Positions 1 through 14,540 are shown, counted from the first letter of the stretch. The stretch: 64,000 nt of DNA from Eledone cirrhosa (GCA_964016885.1 OZ024742.1:90892001-90956000); one strand, 5' to 3'. Notes: generated by a model not told the origin, from the letters alone. Program-made: numbers and translations.

Positions 1-299
1 GTACATACATATATGTATACAGACGTACAGTAGTATGTATATATATATATATACATACATGCACACATATATAAATGCACGTATCGGTTTACCGAACATT
101 TATTATAATGCTCGCTTTGTTTGTTTGTAAACAAACAAACAGACCGAATTACGCCGTAAGTGCCGTACTAAGAGTGAGAAATGAAATTTCGTTTCATTCT
201 ATTCCATATATATATGTATATATATATGCTTTACTCTATAGTACATATATATATATATTCATATATATATATATATTTTCATATATATATATATGTATG

Positions 300-423
<124 letters not shown>

Positions 424-719
424 TACTTAGGGAGGGTCATATTTGTGTAATGGTTTGGTTGGTTTTCGCTTTTCGCTTCCGTGTCATTTATATCGGTTAA
501 TTTAATTTATTCGGTCCCCAATGTTGCCATTGACTGACCAACGGTCAAAAAAAAAGATACAATATAGGCACAAACATATATATAGTCTATCAAAGTTCTT
601 TCGTTGCACATCTGGAACATCGTCAGTGGTGGTATTGTTTGCTCCCGTTGTATCGTATGTCTACGCCATCTTTATTTAGTCTATTTATATATTTATTTTG
701 TTTAGTCCCAGATAAACTG

Positions 720-1023
720 TAAAACTAGAAACGTAGTCTATAGCATAAGATGTACAGACGGTACTTGCAGAAACATGACAACAACATACATAGGCGAGAC
801 AGCTCGTAGCATAGGTGAAAGGATAGACCAACACTGGGAGGAACTAAAAGGACGAAAAAACGGTTCAGTACTATACGAACATGCCAGACAACAACACGAC
901 GGTAACATAAATAACATGGAAATTAGAATAATATCTAAACATAGAAATGACCCAGCAGATAGGCAAATCAGAGAGGCCAGTGAAATAGAACTTAGTAGGT
1001 CAAGGCTAAACCGAAAAAAATGA
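720..1023 (+). pseudogene. GIY-YIG endonuclease C-terminal fragment of a PLE
   Basis: TRNVVYSIRC...TYIGETARSIGERIDQH...LYEHARQQH...RQIREASEI...LNRK (ORF 775..1023 plus upstream codons). No RT domain upstream. Confidence 0.8.
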
Positions 1024-1292
1024 ATGGAATAACAACAACACCCAAACAAACAAATAAATAAATACATACACAATCACAATAACAACAAACACATATAAAC
1101 ACACACTAGTAAAGATAGAATAGATTAACCAATACACAGTCACCCAAACACGAACACACATCAAACAAAACACTATACACACACGCAAACGAAGGCGCAA
1201 AGAAGACAAAAAAAATAAACAAATAAATAAATATATACACAGACTAAATAGAGATGGCGTAGACATACGATGCAACGAGAGGAAACAAGAGC

Positions 1293-1334
1293 ACCACTGA
1301 CGATGTTGCAGATGTGCAACGAAAGAACTTTGAT
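1293..1334 (+). ncRNA. Minimal type I hammerhead motif (inverted copies 589-630 and 12883-12924)
   Basis: acca-CTGACGA-t-gttgca-gatg-tgcaac-GAAA-gaac-TT-tgat. Stem II is 6 bp; stem I has one mismatch. Confidence 0.65.
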
Positions 1335-1598
1335 AGACTATATATATGTGTTTGTGCCTATATTGTATCTGTAATTTTGACCGTTTGTCAGTCAATGGCA
1401 ACATTGAGGACCGAATAAATTAAATTAACCGATATAAAAGACACAGAAGCGAAAAGCGAAAACCAACCAAACAGTGAGTGTGTTTTGTTATTAATTCTGG
1501 CAATATTACACAAATATGACCCTCCACAAGTATAACAATATTTGTTTCAACACACGATTTTATATCAAAAGCCTCGCAAAACTATATATTTATATTGT

Positions 1599-1662
1599 AT
1601 TTTGTCTGAGGAAGGCATAGCATATTGTTAATATGATATCCCCGAAATATATATAATGAAAT
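1599..1662 (+). ncRNA. Minimal type I hammerhead motif
   Basis: attttgt-CTGAGGA-agg...cc-GAAA-tatata-TA-atgaaat. Palindromic stem III; stem I includes G:U pairs. Confidence 0.55.
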
Positions 1663-1730
1663 AAATATGGTTTTATAAATATAGTTTCCATTTATTTAAT
1701 ATTGTATATATATATATATATATATATATA

Positions 1731-1912
1731 AAGAAAAAGAGATAAAATCGAAAATGCAACTGGAGTCTTATTTTATTTTTTTAAATATATATATTTTTTT
1801 TAAAAATAAGACTCCAGTTGCATTTTCGATTTCATCTCTTTTTCTTTATACTTTCACTCGCGTAGGACACCTCGGTTATTTTTCATTTTGTAAAAAAAAA
1901 CTCACTTTCTAA
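1731..1912. repeat. Fold-back insert in (TA)n, 'aaatcgaaaatgcaactggagtc' family (also 36601-36852, 47462-47628, partial ~60470-60520)
   Basis: Arms of ~50-75 bp in inverted orientation followed by a unique tail (tatactttcactcg...ctcactttctaat). The same sequence recurs at the other loci. Confidence 0.75.
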
Positions 1913-1913
1913 T

Positions 1914-1984
<71 letters not shown>

Positions 1985-2160
1985 ATATATATATATACAT
2001 ATATATGTATATATATATATATACATATGTATATATATATATATATATATACATATATATATAGCGGCGATGAATTAGTTTAGCGTGAGAATTAATAACA
2101 GTGAGTGTGTTCTGTTATTAATTCTGGTAATATTACACAAATATGACCCTCCCCAAGTAT

Positions 2161-2236
<76 letters not shown>

Positions 2237-2267
2237 GTATATAGATATATACATATATATATATATG

Positions 2268-2487
<220 letters not shown>

Positions 2488-2528
2488 GAGAGAGAGAAAT
2501 ATATATACATATTTATATATATATATAC

Positions 2529-2694
<166 letters not shown>

Positions 2695-3849
2695 CTGTGT
2701 GTATGTATGTATGTATGTATGTATGTATGCATGGGTGTGGGTGTATGTGTGTGTGGGGGGGTTTGTGTGTGTATGTGAGTGTGTAAAATAGATACATACA
2801 TGCATACATAAGTAGGAAGGTAAATAATCATCTTTCACCTCGATATGAAACACATGTAACATGTCCTTTAATAATCTGCTGATAACCATCGCAAGTAGCA
2901 GTTTCCAAATGACAGTTGAAAATTAAAATGTGCAAATAGAATGTAATAGAAACTTCCAAAATAAAACAATAATAATAGGGAACAATAAAAGTATAATGCC
3001 AGGTAAAAAGACAAGCCAGATGAGTGATGTAGAAATGACAGCTTGTGCCTGGTGTATTACATGTGGTGAGGCTATGTGTCATGCATTTAAGTATACATTC
3101 TGTTCATATGTTCTTTACGGCTACGTTTTTATGATTTCTTCCCATGATATATATCAGATAAAAATTGAACTTTTGATTTACATATAAGAACTGACATTAC
3201 ATAGATATACACAGTGATCAAAGATACGGCTCTTGTATTAAGCCAACATTGTTGTCCAAGAGGTATCAGGTGTCCAAGACAGATTGCATGAAGTGACCCA
3301 TAGTCAAATATGTTCCATTCATGATCATCCTATCGTTCCTGGTTGTAACACAGCGGAAAGACTGACTTTTTTGTTCAACGTTTTACCCTCTTTTCCAGAC
3401 ATTTGGGTTTTAATATGATGGAGATTTGACTATTTTTTCAAGCCAGGTGACCTACAACATAGGCGTTTACTCATTTGATTGCTATCCTTACCTGAAACTA
3501 ATTTTCACACCCATAGCATAGCCAATTTGAGCATATATTTCATTATATCCTTATATGTTTTCAAGAAAACTGCTAATATTTCATAAATTGCTAAGTATGT
3601 TTTTGTGTTCAAAACGAAAATCTTCGTCTCATGAAAAAGGTTGTTATCATTATATATGTTAAAACAAATAAAGTTTTAATCTCATCTCTCGCTGGTGTTT
3701 ATATTGTTCTTCGTGCAATACCTGCTTATATATATATATATAGTAATAATAATAAATTTGAAGACTAAAATCCCAAAAGGGCTCGATAAGGATAAATATA
3801 TATCAAATATATAAGAACTCTAGGGCAAATACTTATTAAAATAACAGAT

Positions 3850-4190
3850 TAAAGTTTAAGCAAAGAATCGCTGCTTTCACCCTAAGTTTGTCACAAAAGT
3901 AAGTTACCGATGTTTTATTTAAATGTATATTAGACATAGATGAAATTACAAGTCATTTCGTTCAAAGTATGGTCCTTGGGACGTCACACAGTGGTTCCAA
4001 CGTTTTTTTCAAATTAATATGGCAGTATCACTCTATCGAAGAATGTTTTTTCTTTGAAAGATTGGTAAATGTGTAAGCTTGTGTTGAAGAAATTGAATGT
4101 TTTGGTGACAGATTTGTTGACACAAAATTTGATCGCTTACCGTAATTCGATATTTTCCTGCATCGCAAACGTAAAAGAGGTTATAAACAC
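3850..4190 (-). mobile_element. Possible decayed mariner-like DNA transposon remnant
   Basis: ttcaaagtatggtccttgg...cagtggttccaacgttttttc resembles the reverse strand of a mariner transposase 3' end. Part recurs at ~60585-60620. Weak call. Confidence 0.3.
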
Positions 4191-4355
4191 GCCGGTGCCC
4201 TAACAGCAATAACTCACGACTGACTCAATCGAATATGCTGGAGCAAGTATGTACATGGAGCCAAGGTCATATCCAACACGCCTATATATATTTACGAGAT
4301 GCTGCTTTACCCTATCGTGCATAGAAAAACCAGTACTCTTACTTTTGGAACAAAT

Positions 4356-4393
<38 letters not shown>

Positions 4394-4884
4394 AATGTGT
4401 ACATATACGTGTGTACGTGCGCGCGTGCGCGTGCGTTTGTGTGTGTGTGGGAGAGTGTGCGCGCAATAATAGATACTCAGTTCTTTTAAATTCGTACATT
4501 AATGGAAAGATTTTATTTCCTACTGAGATCCTACGATGCATATGCAACTCTGATTGCGGACAAAACGTTACATGTTTTGTTCTTCATTTCGTTTCTGGTT
4601 CATTTATCGTACAAGAGATACGATTGATGACTCGTTTCATGAACATGCCAAACCTTCTAGATGTTTCCAATTCATTTGATTCTATTCTATTTGGGGCTCA
4701 GTGAAACTAGTGACGAATACACTCTTTGCTGGAAGATAGTGGTCATGTCATAAGAATTAAAACAAATCTACAATGTTCTTTATATTTGAGTAGTTTCTGA
4801 TGTGTGTGCTACAACAATCATCAAATTAGAATTCAATATATGTATGTATGTATGTATGTTGGTGCTACTGCATGTATCCCAGTA

Positions 4885-5450
4885 CAACCTGTCTCATGGT
4901 CGGGTCGTTGGCGACTAAACTGGCAACCCCACCAAGGTTTCTTGGTGTGGAGGGTGACTTTGGACATCCTGCAGGACTAAAAACAAAACCTGTCAAAGGG
5001 CAAAGGAGCTCTTAAGAGTCAATGGCCATCCAAAATCACCGGGAGATATGACCCCTTAGCCTTTGTCAAGGCAGAATTCTAGGAGAAGGAAAACTCTGAT
5101 ATATCACCTGCAACCCTGATGGTATCCAATGATGTTGACTTTTTCTTCTTTTTGGTAAATATCATCTTGGTTAAGAGAGTGGGACCGGCTTTGAGGCGAT
5201 GCCTTTGCTCACTATAAAAGCTTCACGGCACAGACATTGTTTTATATCTGGAGATCTCTCTGCACTTGTCGTCACATGGTACCATGGGCCCAGCACTATG
5301 TGTCAATAATTGTCACAAGTGTAGTGTTTGTACCAGAGTTTTCAAGTCGCTGGCTAGACTAAAAAGTCACACTCGTTCAACGCATCGGTAGGGGTTCTCC
5401 TACATGGATATAAAGTAGTGGCCGTATTCGAAAACGAGTTGGCAGCCACC
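4885..5450 (+). mobile_element. Non-autonomous retroelement resembling an RTE-type LINE 5' UTR, inside (TATG)n
   Basis: Near-identical copy at 22144-22660 and diverged copies at ~5470-5730, ~5850-6010 and 11443-11820 (-). Contains the ggagaaggaaaactctga motif and is flanked by (TATG)n. Family assignment is recollection, not a database match. Confidence 0.6.
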
Positions 5451-6141
5451 ATGTATGTATGTATGTCCAGTGGCATTATTCTAGGAGAAGATATAAGAAA
5501 CCATTATTTTAATATTAGAAACCATTATTCTCGGAGAAGGCAACTCAGGAAACTGGGATAATTCCGATATAAAACCTGCAGCTCAGTAGTTATCGATGAT
5601 GTTGATCTGGTGGGATTGGCTCAGTGCACAGTCTTTGCTCACTTAAAAAATAAATCTTCACGCACACGCATTGCACTACAGCATTAATTGTGCAATGGCC
5701 ATACTCGATAACGAGAGGGCAGCCGTTATCATGTATGTATGTATATATGTATGCATGTATGCGTGGGGAACATGAAAACACGCGGTTTGGAGTCCGAGCG
5801 TGCGGTGACTTCTCTCTCTTGGGGCTATTAATTCTTGTTATGACATCATTCTCGGAGAAGGAAAACTCTAATATAAAACCTGCAACTCCGTAGCAGCTAA
5901 TGATGTTCTATTTGGATAACCTTCTCTGTTGTTCAGAGGGTGGGATTGGTTCATGTGAGGCTTTCGTCATTCGAAATAACTTCAAGCAGAAGCATCACTT
6001 GATCTAAATGATTTTCACATGTGTTGCGTAAGCATGGCCTTTATTTTTCTTTTTGCTGCACCGTACGCAGAAAGGAATCTAAGTCCTTGGCATCGCTAAA
6101 AGGTCATGTTTGTGCCACTAATATATGAGAAAATAGTCAAG

Positions 6142-6180
<39 letters not shown>

Positions 6181-6601
6181 AAATGAGGGAGTGAGAATGT
6201 GAGAGAATCACAATTTGCTGAATTGTGTCATCTGAGTAAAAAATGGCTGATATATTTTGACTGCAGTGACCCATCCATTGGTAGATTTAAGCAGTCGAAA
6301 TATAACAATACTCTGACTCTACCAGCGTGTCGGCATGTTTATACGCCAACACATACATGAGCGTCAGAGCATAGGTGCCTTGATATGTGATAGTGTTTGT
6401 CTTCTCTTTCAGGGCTCTCATTGGTATTTCATCACGTAAATTGTATATCCCTTATATTCTGGGCACGTACGAACCAGGCCCCAGATTTATGGGGAGAGAA
6501 GACAGAAAAAATGTGTCTATAGAAACTAAACAACGTTTAAAGATATCCTTAAAATATACATATATTCCTATATATGTATGTATACATATACACACACACA
6601 C

Positions 6602-6643
<42 letters not shown>

Positions 6644-6688
6644 GTGTGTGTGTGTGTAAACGTACGTGTGTTTGCATCTCTCTCTCTT

Positions 6689-6742
<54 letters not shown>

Positions 6743-7710
6743 CTATCGCAAACCTCATATGTACATATATATACATGTGCGGTATTCGTTCGGGATCTTT
6801 GCAGTTTATGATCAAACCCCCAGATATTAATTATGGTTTTCATCAATTTGAGGTCGATAAAAAGTACCAGATCTCTACTAGGGTTCTCTATACCTCTTTC
6901 TCACTCCTCACTCTATCTCAGCGGTGTTCATACATGAATAAGCAATGCTCTCCGCCACGTTTAAACTGTCCATGACTCCTTGTATGCACACACATACACG
7001 CCCCCTCTCACACACACACACATCCACGCGCACACTCACACACATACATAAATACACATTTACACATATATCTTTAACTCGGTATCGTTCCAAGATATTT
7101 TCATATATATTATTTTCTTTCATTACTATAGTTTGAAGTCCCTTCACCTCTTTCCACTGTACATACATTGTTCAAATTTTGTATATGTATAATGTTGTAT
7201 CTGATAAAATAACACAATCATTAAATCTCTGTGTAAAAATCATTTACTAAAACAAAAGACATTGTAAAGAGCTTGCGTTTCTATGTGTACTACACACATA
7301 CACACAAACGCGCACACAGGCAAACACACACACACACACACATACACACATATATATATATGGATTCATTTTATTATGGCTCAATAGTGAGTATTGTCTA
7401 TCACAGCTTCGCCTGTTTACCACAGGTTCGTCTTATGACCTTGTGTTAAACAGGCGAAACTCCAGAGTAACACGACTCATTATTTAGCCTTAAAAAATAA
7501 ATATCAAAACTCTACTTTGGTATGTCTGTAGTACTCTGTTTAGTAATGTTCTAACTAGTTTCAAACTGGTTCTATCCTGATTTATGTATATTTATATAAC
7601 GTACTAGCACAAGCTCAGTTTGTCTAGTTCGATACACTTATATATATATATATATATATAGCAAAAGAATGAAAAATAACATGATCGGATGTACAATTGT
7701 TTTTTTTTTA

Positions 7711-7823
7711 TAGTATTAACAATTGTTCCATTACTCCGGTGTGTCTAAAAGTCGCTGATCGTTAGAAGTTACGTCAGTCGACCTTAATTACAGTCGATAC
7801 CCGACCAAATCGTCAGAATACTA
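7711..7823 (-). ncRNA. Degenerate hammerhead motif with long stem II insertion
   Basis: Minus strand: tagtatt-CTGACGA-(~80 nt)-GGAA-caattg-TT-aatacta. 7-bp stem I, palindromic stem III, GAAA mutated to GGAA. Confidence 0.5.
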
Positions 7824-8000
7824 ATAGTACTCCAAGAAGAGCCTGCTTAGGAACTTTCTTAAACCAGCCACCCGACTAAGGAAACTTCTTGTTGAGTCAA
7901 ACAACGCCGCACGTTAAAACTATCCTCGATACAGAGTACTCATAACCTCTAGCTGGATTACCTTAAACGATACCTTGTTATGATATATATATACATATAT

Positions 8001-8255
8001 GAAAAAAAAAGGGAAAGAATGACTTCACTTGTAGTTCTAAATAATTTGATTTAATTTTATAATAATATAATATTATTTAGTAACTTTGCCTTTCATCCTT
8101 ACGGGGTCGATAGAATAAAGTACCAGTAATGCTCTGGATAATTGATGGCCTTGTGCCAAAAGTCGAAACAATTATTTAGAACTACAAGTGAAGTAATTCT
8201 TTCCCTTTTTCTCAAATATACGTAACTGTACCAAGGATCTCACACATTTTCCAAT
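8001..8255. repeat. Fold-back insert whose loop holds a SINE fragment
   Basis: 8001-8047 is inverted at ~8170-8213. 8081-8169 matches the SINE body at 60830-60950. Confidence 0.65.
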
Positions 8256-9190
8256 ATATATATATATATATAAAATTAAAGACGACACACATGGCGAGAG
8301 GAATGCTAAAGGCAAGGGATTAAAACTGAAGAAAAAGGGGAAAGAAAGAAGAGAGTTGGTTCATAAAATATACACAAAATATGAACAATATGTGCACAGT
8401 GGAAATGTTTACGCCGAAATGAAAAAGATGAAGTGACCTGGTGTTTAGTGTTAAACCATTTATCAAACTGTAGTAATAAAAGGAAATAATAAATATGAAA
8501 ATGCGCTGGAATAAATGTCTAAACGCGGGCGGGCGCATGTGTATGTATCGACCCGTAAATCCTAATGGAGTCGTAAGGGCGTCATATGGATACATGGCGA
8601 GTCTTGGGCAGTTTAAATGTGACGGAGAGCATCGCTTCTTCATATCTGAACGTCGCTGAGATGGAGTGAGGAGTGTGGTAAGAGAGAGAATGTGAAAGAG
8701 GTGTTAGAGGACGAATCGGCCCCAGTGTGTGTGTGTGTGTGCGTGTGCGTGTGTGTGTGTATGTGTCCATAGATAGTTACATATAGATATACACATACGC
8801 ACATACTTTCTTTCTTTCTCTCTCTCACACACTCACACACATATATATATATAAATACATACATTTACATGTAGATATATGTTGTGTGTGTGTGTGTGTG
8901 TGTGTGTGCGTCTGTCGTATGTATGTACACATAAGTTTAATTGAAAGAAATATTAAAGCTTTTAATGTAAGTGTCGGGAAATGTATACGACTGTCTATAG
9001 ATAAATGTATGTAGACAATGTGTTTGGTGTTACTTTACATGAAAGAAAACATTATTAAAGCTTTCAGTTGGTAAGTCTGTTGTGTTGTGTCTGTGTACAT
9101 ACATACCGAACCGTGTCTAATAACAAGTTGAAAAGCGACAAGAATATGCTGTTTACACTTACATACATTCACACACACATACACACACAT

Positions 9191-9239
<49 letters not shown>

Positions 9240-9686
9240 GGAGGAGGGGTTGTAAGTGGTGGCGAATTGGTAGAGTCGTAAAGAACGTTACATAGATTGC
9301 TTTGTAGTATTCGTTCTGGCCTACTGTCCCTCTAAGTTCAAATCTTGCTGACGTTCATTTTACCTTTCATCATTTAGAGACCAATGAAAAGAAAAAGTGG
9401 CCGCCGATTCCTTCTCCACATCTCTTTCTCACTTCTCTAACAGTTTCTGACTACACTTCTCTACCCTCTTTGGAAGAAAACTCCTGTTCAGATCAGACCT
9501 GGAAATGAATAGGCTCCGTTAGTTTAATATGCCCAAGAAACGACACATGTCATTACAACGCTCCTAAGACTCCATTAGGAGATACGGGTCCATACATGCA
9601 GACATCACTCCTTCCCGTATATATAACTCCTATAGAACTCATGACTAGAATTATTTCATCCGTACGAAATTATAGCTCTGTAGGTA

Positions 9687-9740
<54 letters not shown>

Positions 9741-9756
9741 ATACATATATATACAT

Positions 9757-9799
<43 letters not shown>

Positions 9800-9800
<1 letters not shown>

Positions 9801-9807
9801 CGGCAGT

Positions 9808-9845
<38 letters not shown>

Positions 9846-9884
9846 TTCGTCTCTGCGCAAATTTGTGAAGCGTTCCATATTTTT
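9800..9884 (+). pseudogene. U6: U6 snRNA pseudogene
   Basis: TCGGCAGtACATATACTAAAATTGGAACGATACAGAGAAGATTAGC...CTGCGCAAATTtGTGAAGCGTTCCATATTTTT. ACAGAGA box present; 5' end truncated; 13-nt internal deletion. Confidence 0.92.
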
Positions 9885-12481
9885 ATGAAATTGATGTTAT
9901 AAACTTATATCTTTCGTTTATTACTATTATTATCATAATACTCCAGACAAGTATTATTTGTCGAGTGCTTCGTATCTGTTATGAACAGTTGATTACATAT
10001 CAACAAAATCTTTAACTCCGGGAGTGTAGTTACTGTAGCTTCACCCAGGTGAGCATTCGATGTTTAGATTCACGTCTGTAACGAGGTGTAGAGCTAAACA
10101 GAGTGCAAATATAATAATACAAGGACGATTTGTTATGTCTTCATTACATTTATTAATTGGTCTCGCTATTGTTCAGTTCAAGGTTCGATCGGTATCGATC
10201 TGACCCGACTCTGGAATCAAAAGATCGTCGGACCTCTGCTGTGGTAATGACAGTATATATTAAATGTTAATAAAGAGTACAACAGCAATAGGTAATAGTT
10301 AAATGAGGATGGATACTGATCCAAGATCACTGATAATTCATAACATCATAAATCAAATTCATCTGAGAGTGGCTGCAAATCTACCAAACGGAAAGTCAGC
10401 TAGGAGTGACCAGATAGTTGGATATTGGTATAGAAAATTCAATTCCACCTTAATCATTGTACGCTAAACTTGAGGTGTCAGTTGCAGGAACATTACAATT
10501 AACTAATAACCAATAGACAAATATGGTAAAAACACACTACAGGCTCATAGCGCACTCGTATATTATGTAAAAAATACATAGATGTCATGAACGTATTTCT
10601 CCATGATCCCATGTCAATAAATCCAATATGGTGCCAAGAATTCAGAATCCCCTCCTACATCAGCTGGAGAGATAGAAGGACAGATAAGATGATCGCAAAA
10701 GCGACATATGTACACCAATGTTTATAGCAACAAACGGTCGGTAAGTGTTAGTGATTATTATCTGATGACAAGCGTAAGCAAGATGACTGATAACCACGCA
10801 AACAGCAGGTGTCACTTCTGAGTTCCTCTCTCTTAGAAGAATGCCGAAGAACAGTTAGATATATTTCACTACCAGTGTACTTACTGCACACCTTGACACC
10901 AACCAGGGGGATTTCTGACTAAAAAGACTCAGTTTTGAAATAAAGTGATCTTTCTTCAATACAGACTGTCAATACAGACTGGGTAGACAAGTTTTGTCTT
11001 CCCAGAACAACTGGTTTTAATGTACAGTAAATTACATATGCCCCTTCTTGTCAGTTACAAAACTCTCCACCACCTTAAGGGCGGAAGCTGGGTTTCGGTT
11101 GTCAGAAATTATATGAGATGCAAGACATTTGCGGCATTTTATTAAAGAGTAGATTTTCAAGCCTACTCACACACCCGGGAATAATAAACTTGGGAGATTC
11201 TTACATACATACATACACGATGGCTGCCTCCTCGTTATCGAGTATGGCCATTGCACGAAAAAAAAAGCTTAGGAGATACATATATACAAATATACATACA
11301 TACATATATACATACATACATACATACATACGGAAACACATACACACATAATACATACATATATACATACATACATAATACATACATGCATGCATTATAC
11401 ATATATACATACATACATTCGTACATACCTACATACATGATGATGGCTGCAACTCCATTTCGAATAAGGCCGTCGCTTAATACACGTGGCTTTTAAGTTC
11501 TGTTAGGGACTTGCCTATAGCCAACAATACCATCCATCGCAAAACATGCGACATATCAAGCGATGCCTGTGCTTGAATTTTTTTTAAAGTGAGGAATGAC
11601 TGTGCACGTGGCCAATCCCACTCTCTGAACATCTAATGCATTTACCCAAAAAGAAGAACTGGTCTACATCATTGGATACAAACGAAGTCGTAGGTTTTAT
11701 ATCAGAGTGACTTTCTCCTAAAGAGATGTCTTAATGAAAACTATCAGACGCTCGCTCAACCCCCCCAAAAAATATATTTATTATATGGCCGTTGGCTCTA
11801 CTGAGTTCCTCCGCCCTAACCAATCAATATTTATTCCAGTTTCATTAGAAAGTCTGTGAATATCATTCTGTCGGCTATATAAAACCGTTAAAAGTTACCA
11901 AATTTCACTCCAAATGTTTGATATGATAGAAGTTTCATGGCTATTTTGCAGGATAGTGTGGTCAAATTCAATTATGAAGCGCGCTTCTGAATCAGCGCAG
12001 ACATGCCTACGACCCACCCATACACACATACACAATTCCTTCCACCATATTCTCCCCTTCCTGACCCTCACATACACATTTATACATGTGCGTATGCCTG
12101 TCGGTGTTTGTGATAGTGCGCGCGCCTTTCAGTGCAACATTTGAAATTTACCTATACAATTTTCATGTTATATCTCTTTAAGGTCGCAAGGTAGATTGTA
12201 TCATGTTGACGTATTTACCATGATAATATAGACTAGAAATCATGCCGGAAACCTTCATGTCAAATTCGCTTATCGCAGTGCTTGGGTCGACTGCGTGAGC
12301 AGACTTATGATCTCTGGGCAGAAATAATGACATTGTCATTCACTAACACAATCATACACCTGAAATGATGTATGTATGTGGGTTTATGTATGTGCGTTTA
12401 TGTATGTATATAGATACATACATACCTATGTACATGCATACATATATATTTATACAATTATTTAGCTGCATGTATTTGGAT

Positions 12482-12552
<71 letters not shown>

Positions 12553-12571
12553 CAGTGTATATATATATACA

Positions 12572-12605
<34 letters not shown>

Positions 12606-12638
12606 TATATATGCATAAACAGTATATATGTATATGCA

Positions 12639-12671
<33 letters not shown>

Positions 12672-12676
<5 letters not shown>

Positions 12677-12924
12677 ATACTTGTGTGTGTGGGGGGGGTG
12701 TCATATTGTTGTAATAATATTGCCAGAAATAATAACAGAACACACTCTCTGTTTGGTTGGTTTTCGCTTCTGTATCTTTTATATCGCCACAGTTAACTCA
12801 TTCTATCCTCAATGTTTACCATTGACTGACCAACGGTAAAAAATACAGATATAATATAGATATAAACACATATATATAGTCTAACAAAGTTCTTTCGTTG
12901 CACATCTGCAACATCATCAGTGGT
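12672..12924 (-). mobile_element. pLTR copy of the 421-1705 PLE family (fragment also at 2090-2167)
   Basis: Closely matches 421-630 and includes the hammerhead at 12883-12924. Begins at a (TA)n tract. Confidence 0.75.
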
Positions 12925-13999
12925 ACTATTATGTTCCTCCTGTGAAAATGAAAAGGGGCAAAAAATAAAATAAAATAAAGCTTAGTTGAAATAACGTTAG
13001 GAAGAAATTACAAAAATAAAAATATAAAGGAAGACAGAGGGGAAGTGGTCGGGTGTCGTGGTGAGGGAGGGGTAGGGCAGGCCTAGGTGTCGTGGGTATT
13101 TGTGTGTAGGTGGGGTGCATGTTACGGTGCGGTTGTGGGTGTTTTGCGTGTTGTTGGTGGAGGTGTTAATTCGTACATATGTGTGAGTGTGTGTATGCTG
13201 GTATGTGTGTTTGGCAGAGATGTGTGGTTGTTGGTGTGTATTGTGTGATTGCATGTATAGGTATATACGTTTCCGCTTGTGCATGTGTGCGTGCGTGTGT
13301 TAGTGTGTTTTGTGGTTGTGTGTGTGCATGTGCGTAGGCTCCGTGGTGGGTATACCCGAGGAATTCGAAGGGTGAGTGAAATGGAATAGATGTATCCGGC
13401 TAGAATGGCAAAGCTATAGTGAAACGGGATAGAGAAAGGAATTGTGGGTAGTTGCAGGGAGTGTGTGGGTGAGTGTGTATGTGTGAGAGAGTGTGTATGT
13501 GTGAGAGAGAGATCATGGTGGCAGAGTTCTAAGGAAGAACTATGGGGTGTGGTTGTGTGTTATGTTAAACGGTCAAAAAAATGTAGGGAGCGGAGGTGAA
13601 AGTCGGAAATTGGTGTGAACGAGTCAATGCCGTAATGAGGCGGAGTGACGGTAGCGGTGGTGATTAAAATGGAATAGAGAAATGAAGGTGGAGAGTGCAG
13701 GGTGTGTGTGGAGGGGGATGGGGATGTTGTTGGCAGAGTTCTAATTAAGAACTGTGAGGTGGGAGTTATGTACAGTGGCCAGATGGAGTTTAGGGTATTG
13801 AGGTGGAGGGTACGTATGGTGGTATATTTAGAATGAAAGACTATTATTATGATTGTTTGCGTTGGAACGCAACATTCCAAAATTCAAATGTTTCCAATTA
13901 TTCTTGAATCAATCGCTTTTTGTTCTGTATAAGGATGTAAATATATATGGATATGTATTCAACTATCTAGATAGATATCCATCCATCCCTCTCTATATA

Positions 14000-14050
<51 letters not shown>

Positions 14051-14054
<4 letters not shown>

Positions 14055-14539
14055 GAAATGACAGGAGGCTGGATTTGTGTAAATCCTTGAAAGGTCTATT
14101 ATACTATGATCATTTCAATGACCGGGTTCCGTATGAATCCGGTGATATCATCAGGTATTCGAAATATAATACGTGAATGTAATAGGTAAAATCCATGGGG
14201 CTGAAAATCGAGACCCGAGGGCGACCGCTATTCTGTTCCTTCAACCTCAGCCGGTCGCCGGTCGCCCATTCACGTATTATATTTCGAATACCTGATGATA
14301 TCACCGGATTCATACGGAACCCGGTCATTGAAATGATCATAGTATAATAAACCTTTCAAGGATTTACACAAATCCAGCCTCCTGTCATTTCATTATAATA
14401 TTTAACTCCGTAATAGCACCACCAACTACAAAAACAAAGACGGTTGAACTGCTTTACGTTGAGTACTCTCTATATTATTGCATTACGATTGACCATACGG
14501 AATAGACCAGCTCTATACAGTGGTGAACCTCAAACCTGA

Positions 14540-14540
<1 letters not shown>
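14051..14540. mobile_element. Fold-back hammerhead element in (TA)n
   Basis: 14051-14179 is a near-perfect inverse of 14267-14397, followed by a ~140-nt tail. Confidence 0.8.
14288..14345 (+). ncRNA. Minimal type I hammerhead (inverted copy ~14101-14158)
   Basis: atac-CTGATGA-tatc-accgg...ccggt-catt-GAAA-tgatca-TA-gtat. Palindromic stem III ATGATCAT. Confidence 0.75.

Noticed and set aside
4885-5040. HDV-like ribozyme in the RTE-like 5' region
   Set aside because: I could not build the nested double pseudoknot by eye; needs a motif search.
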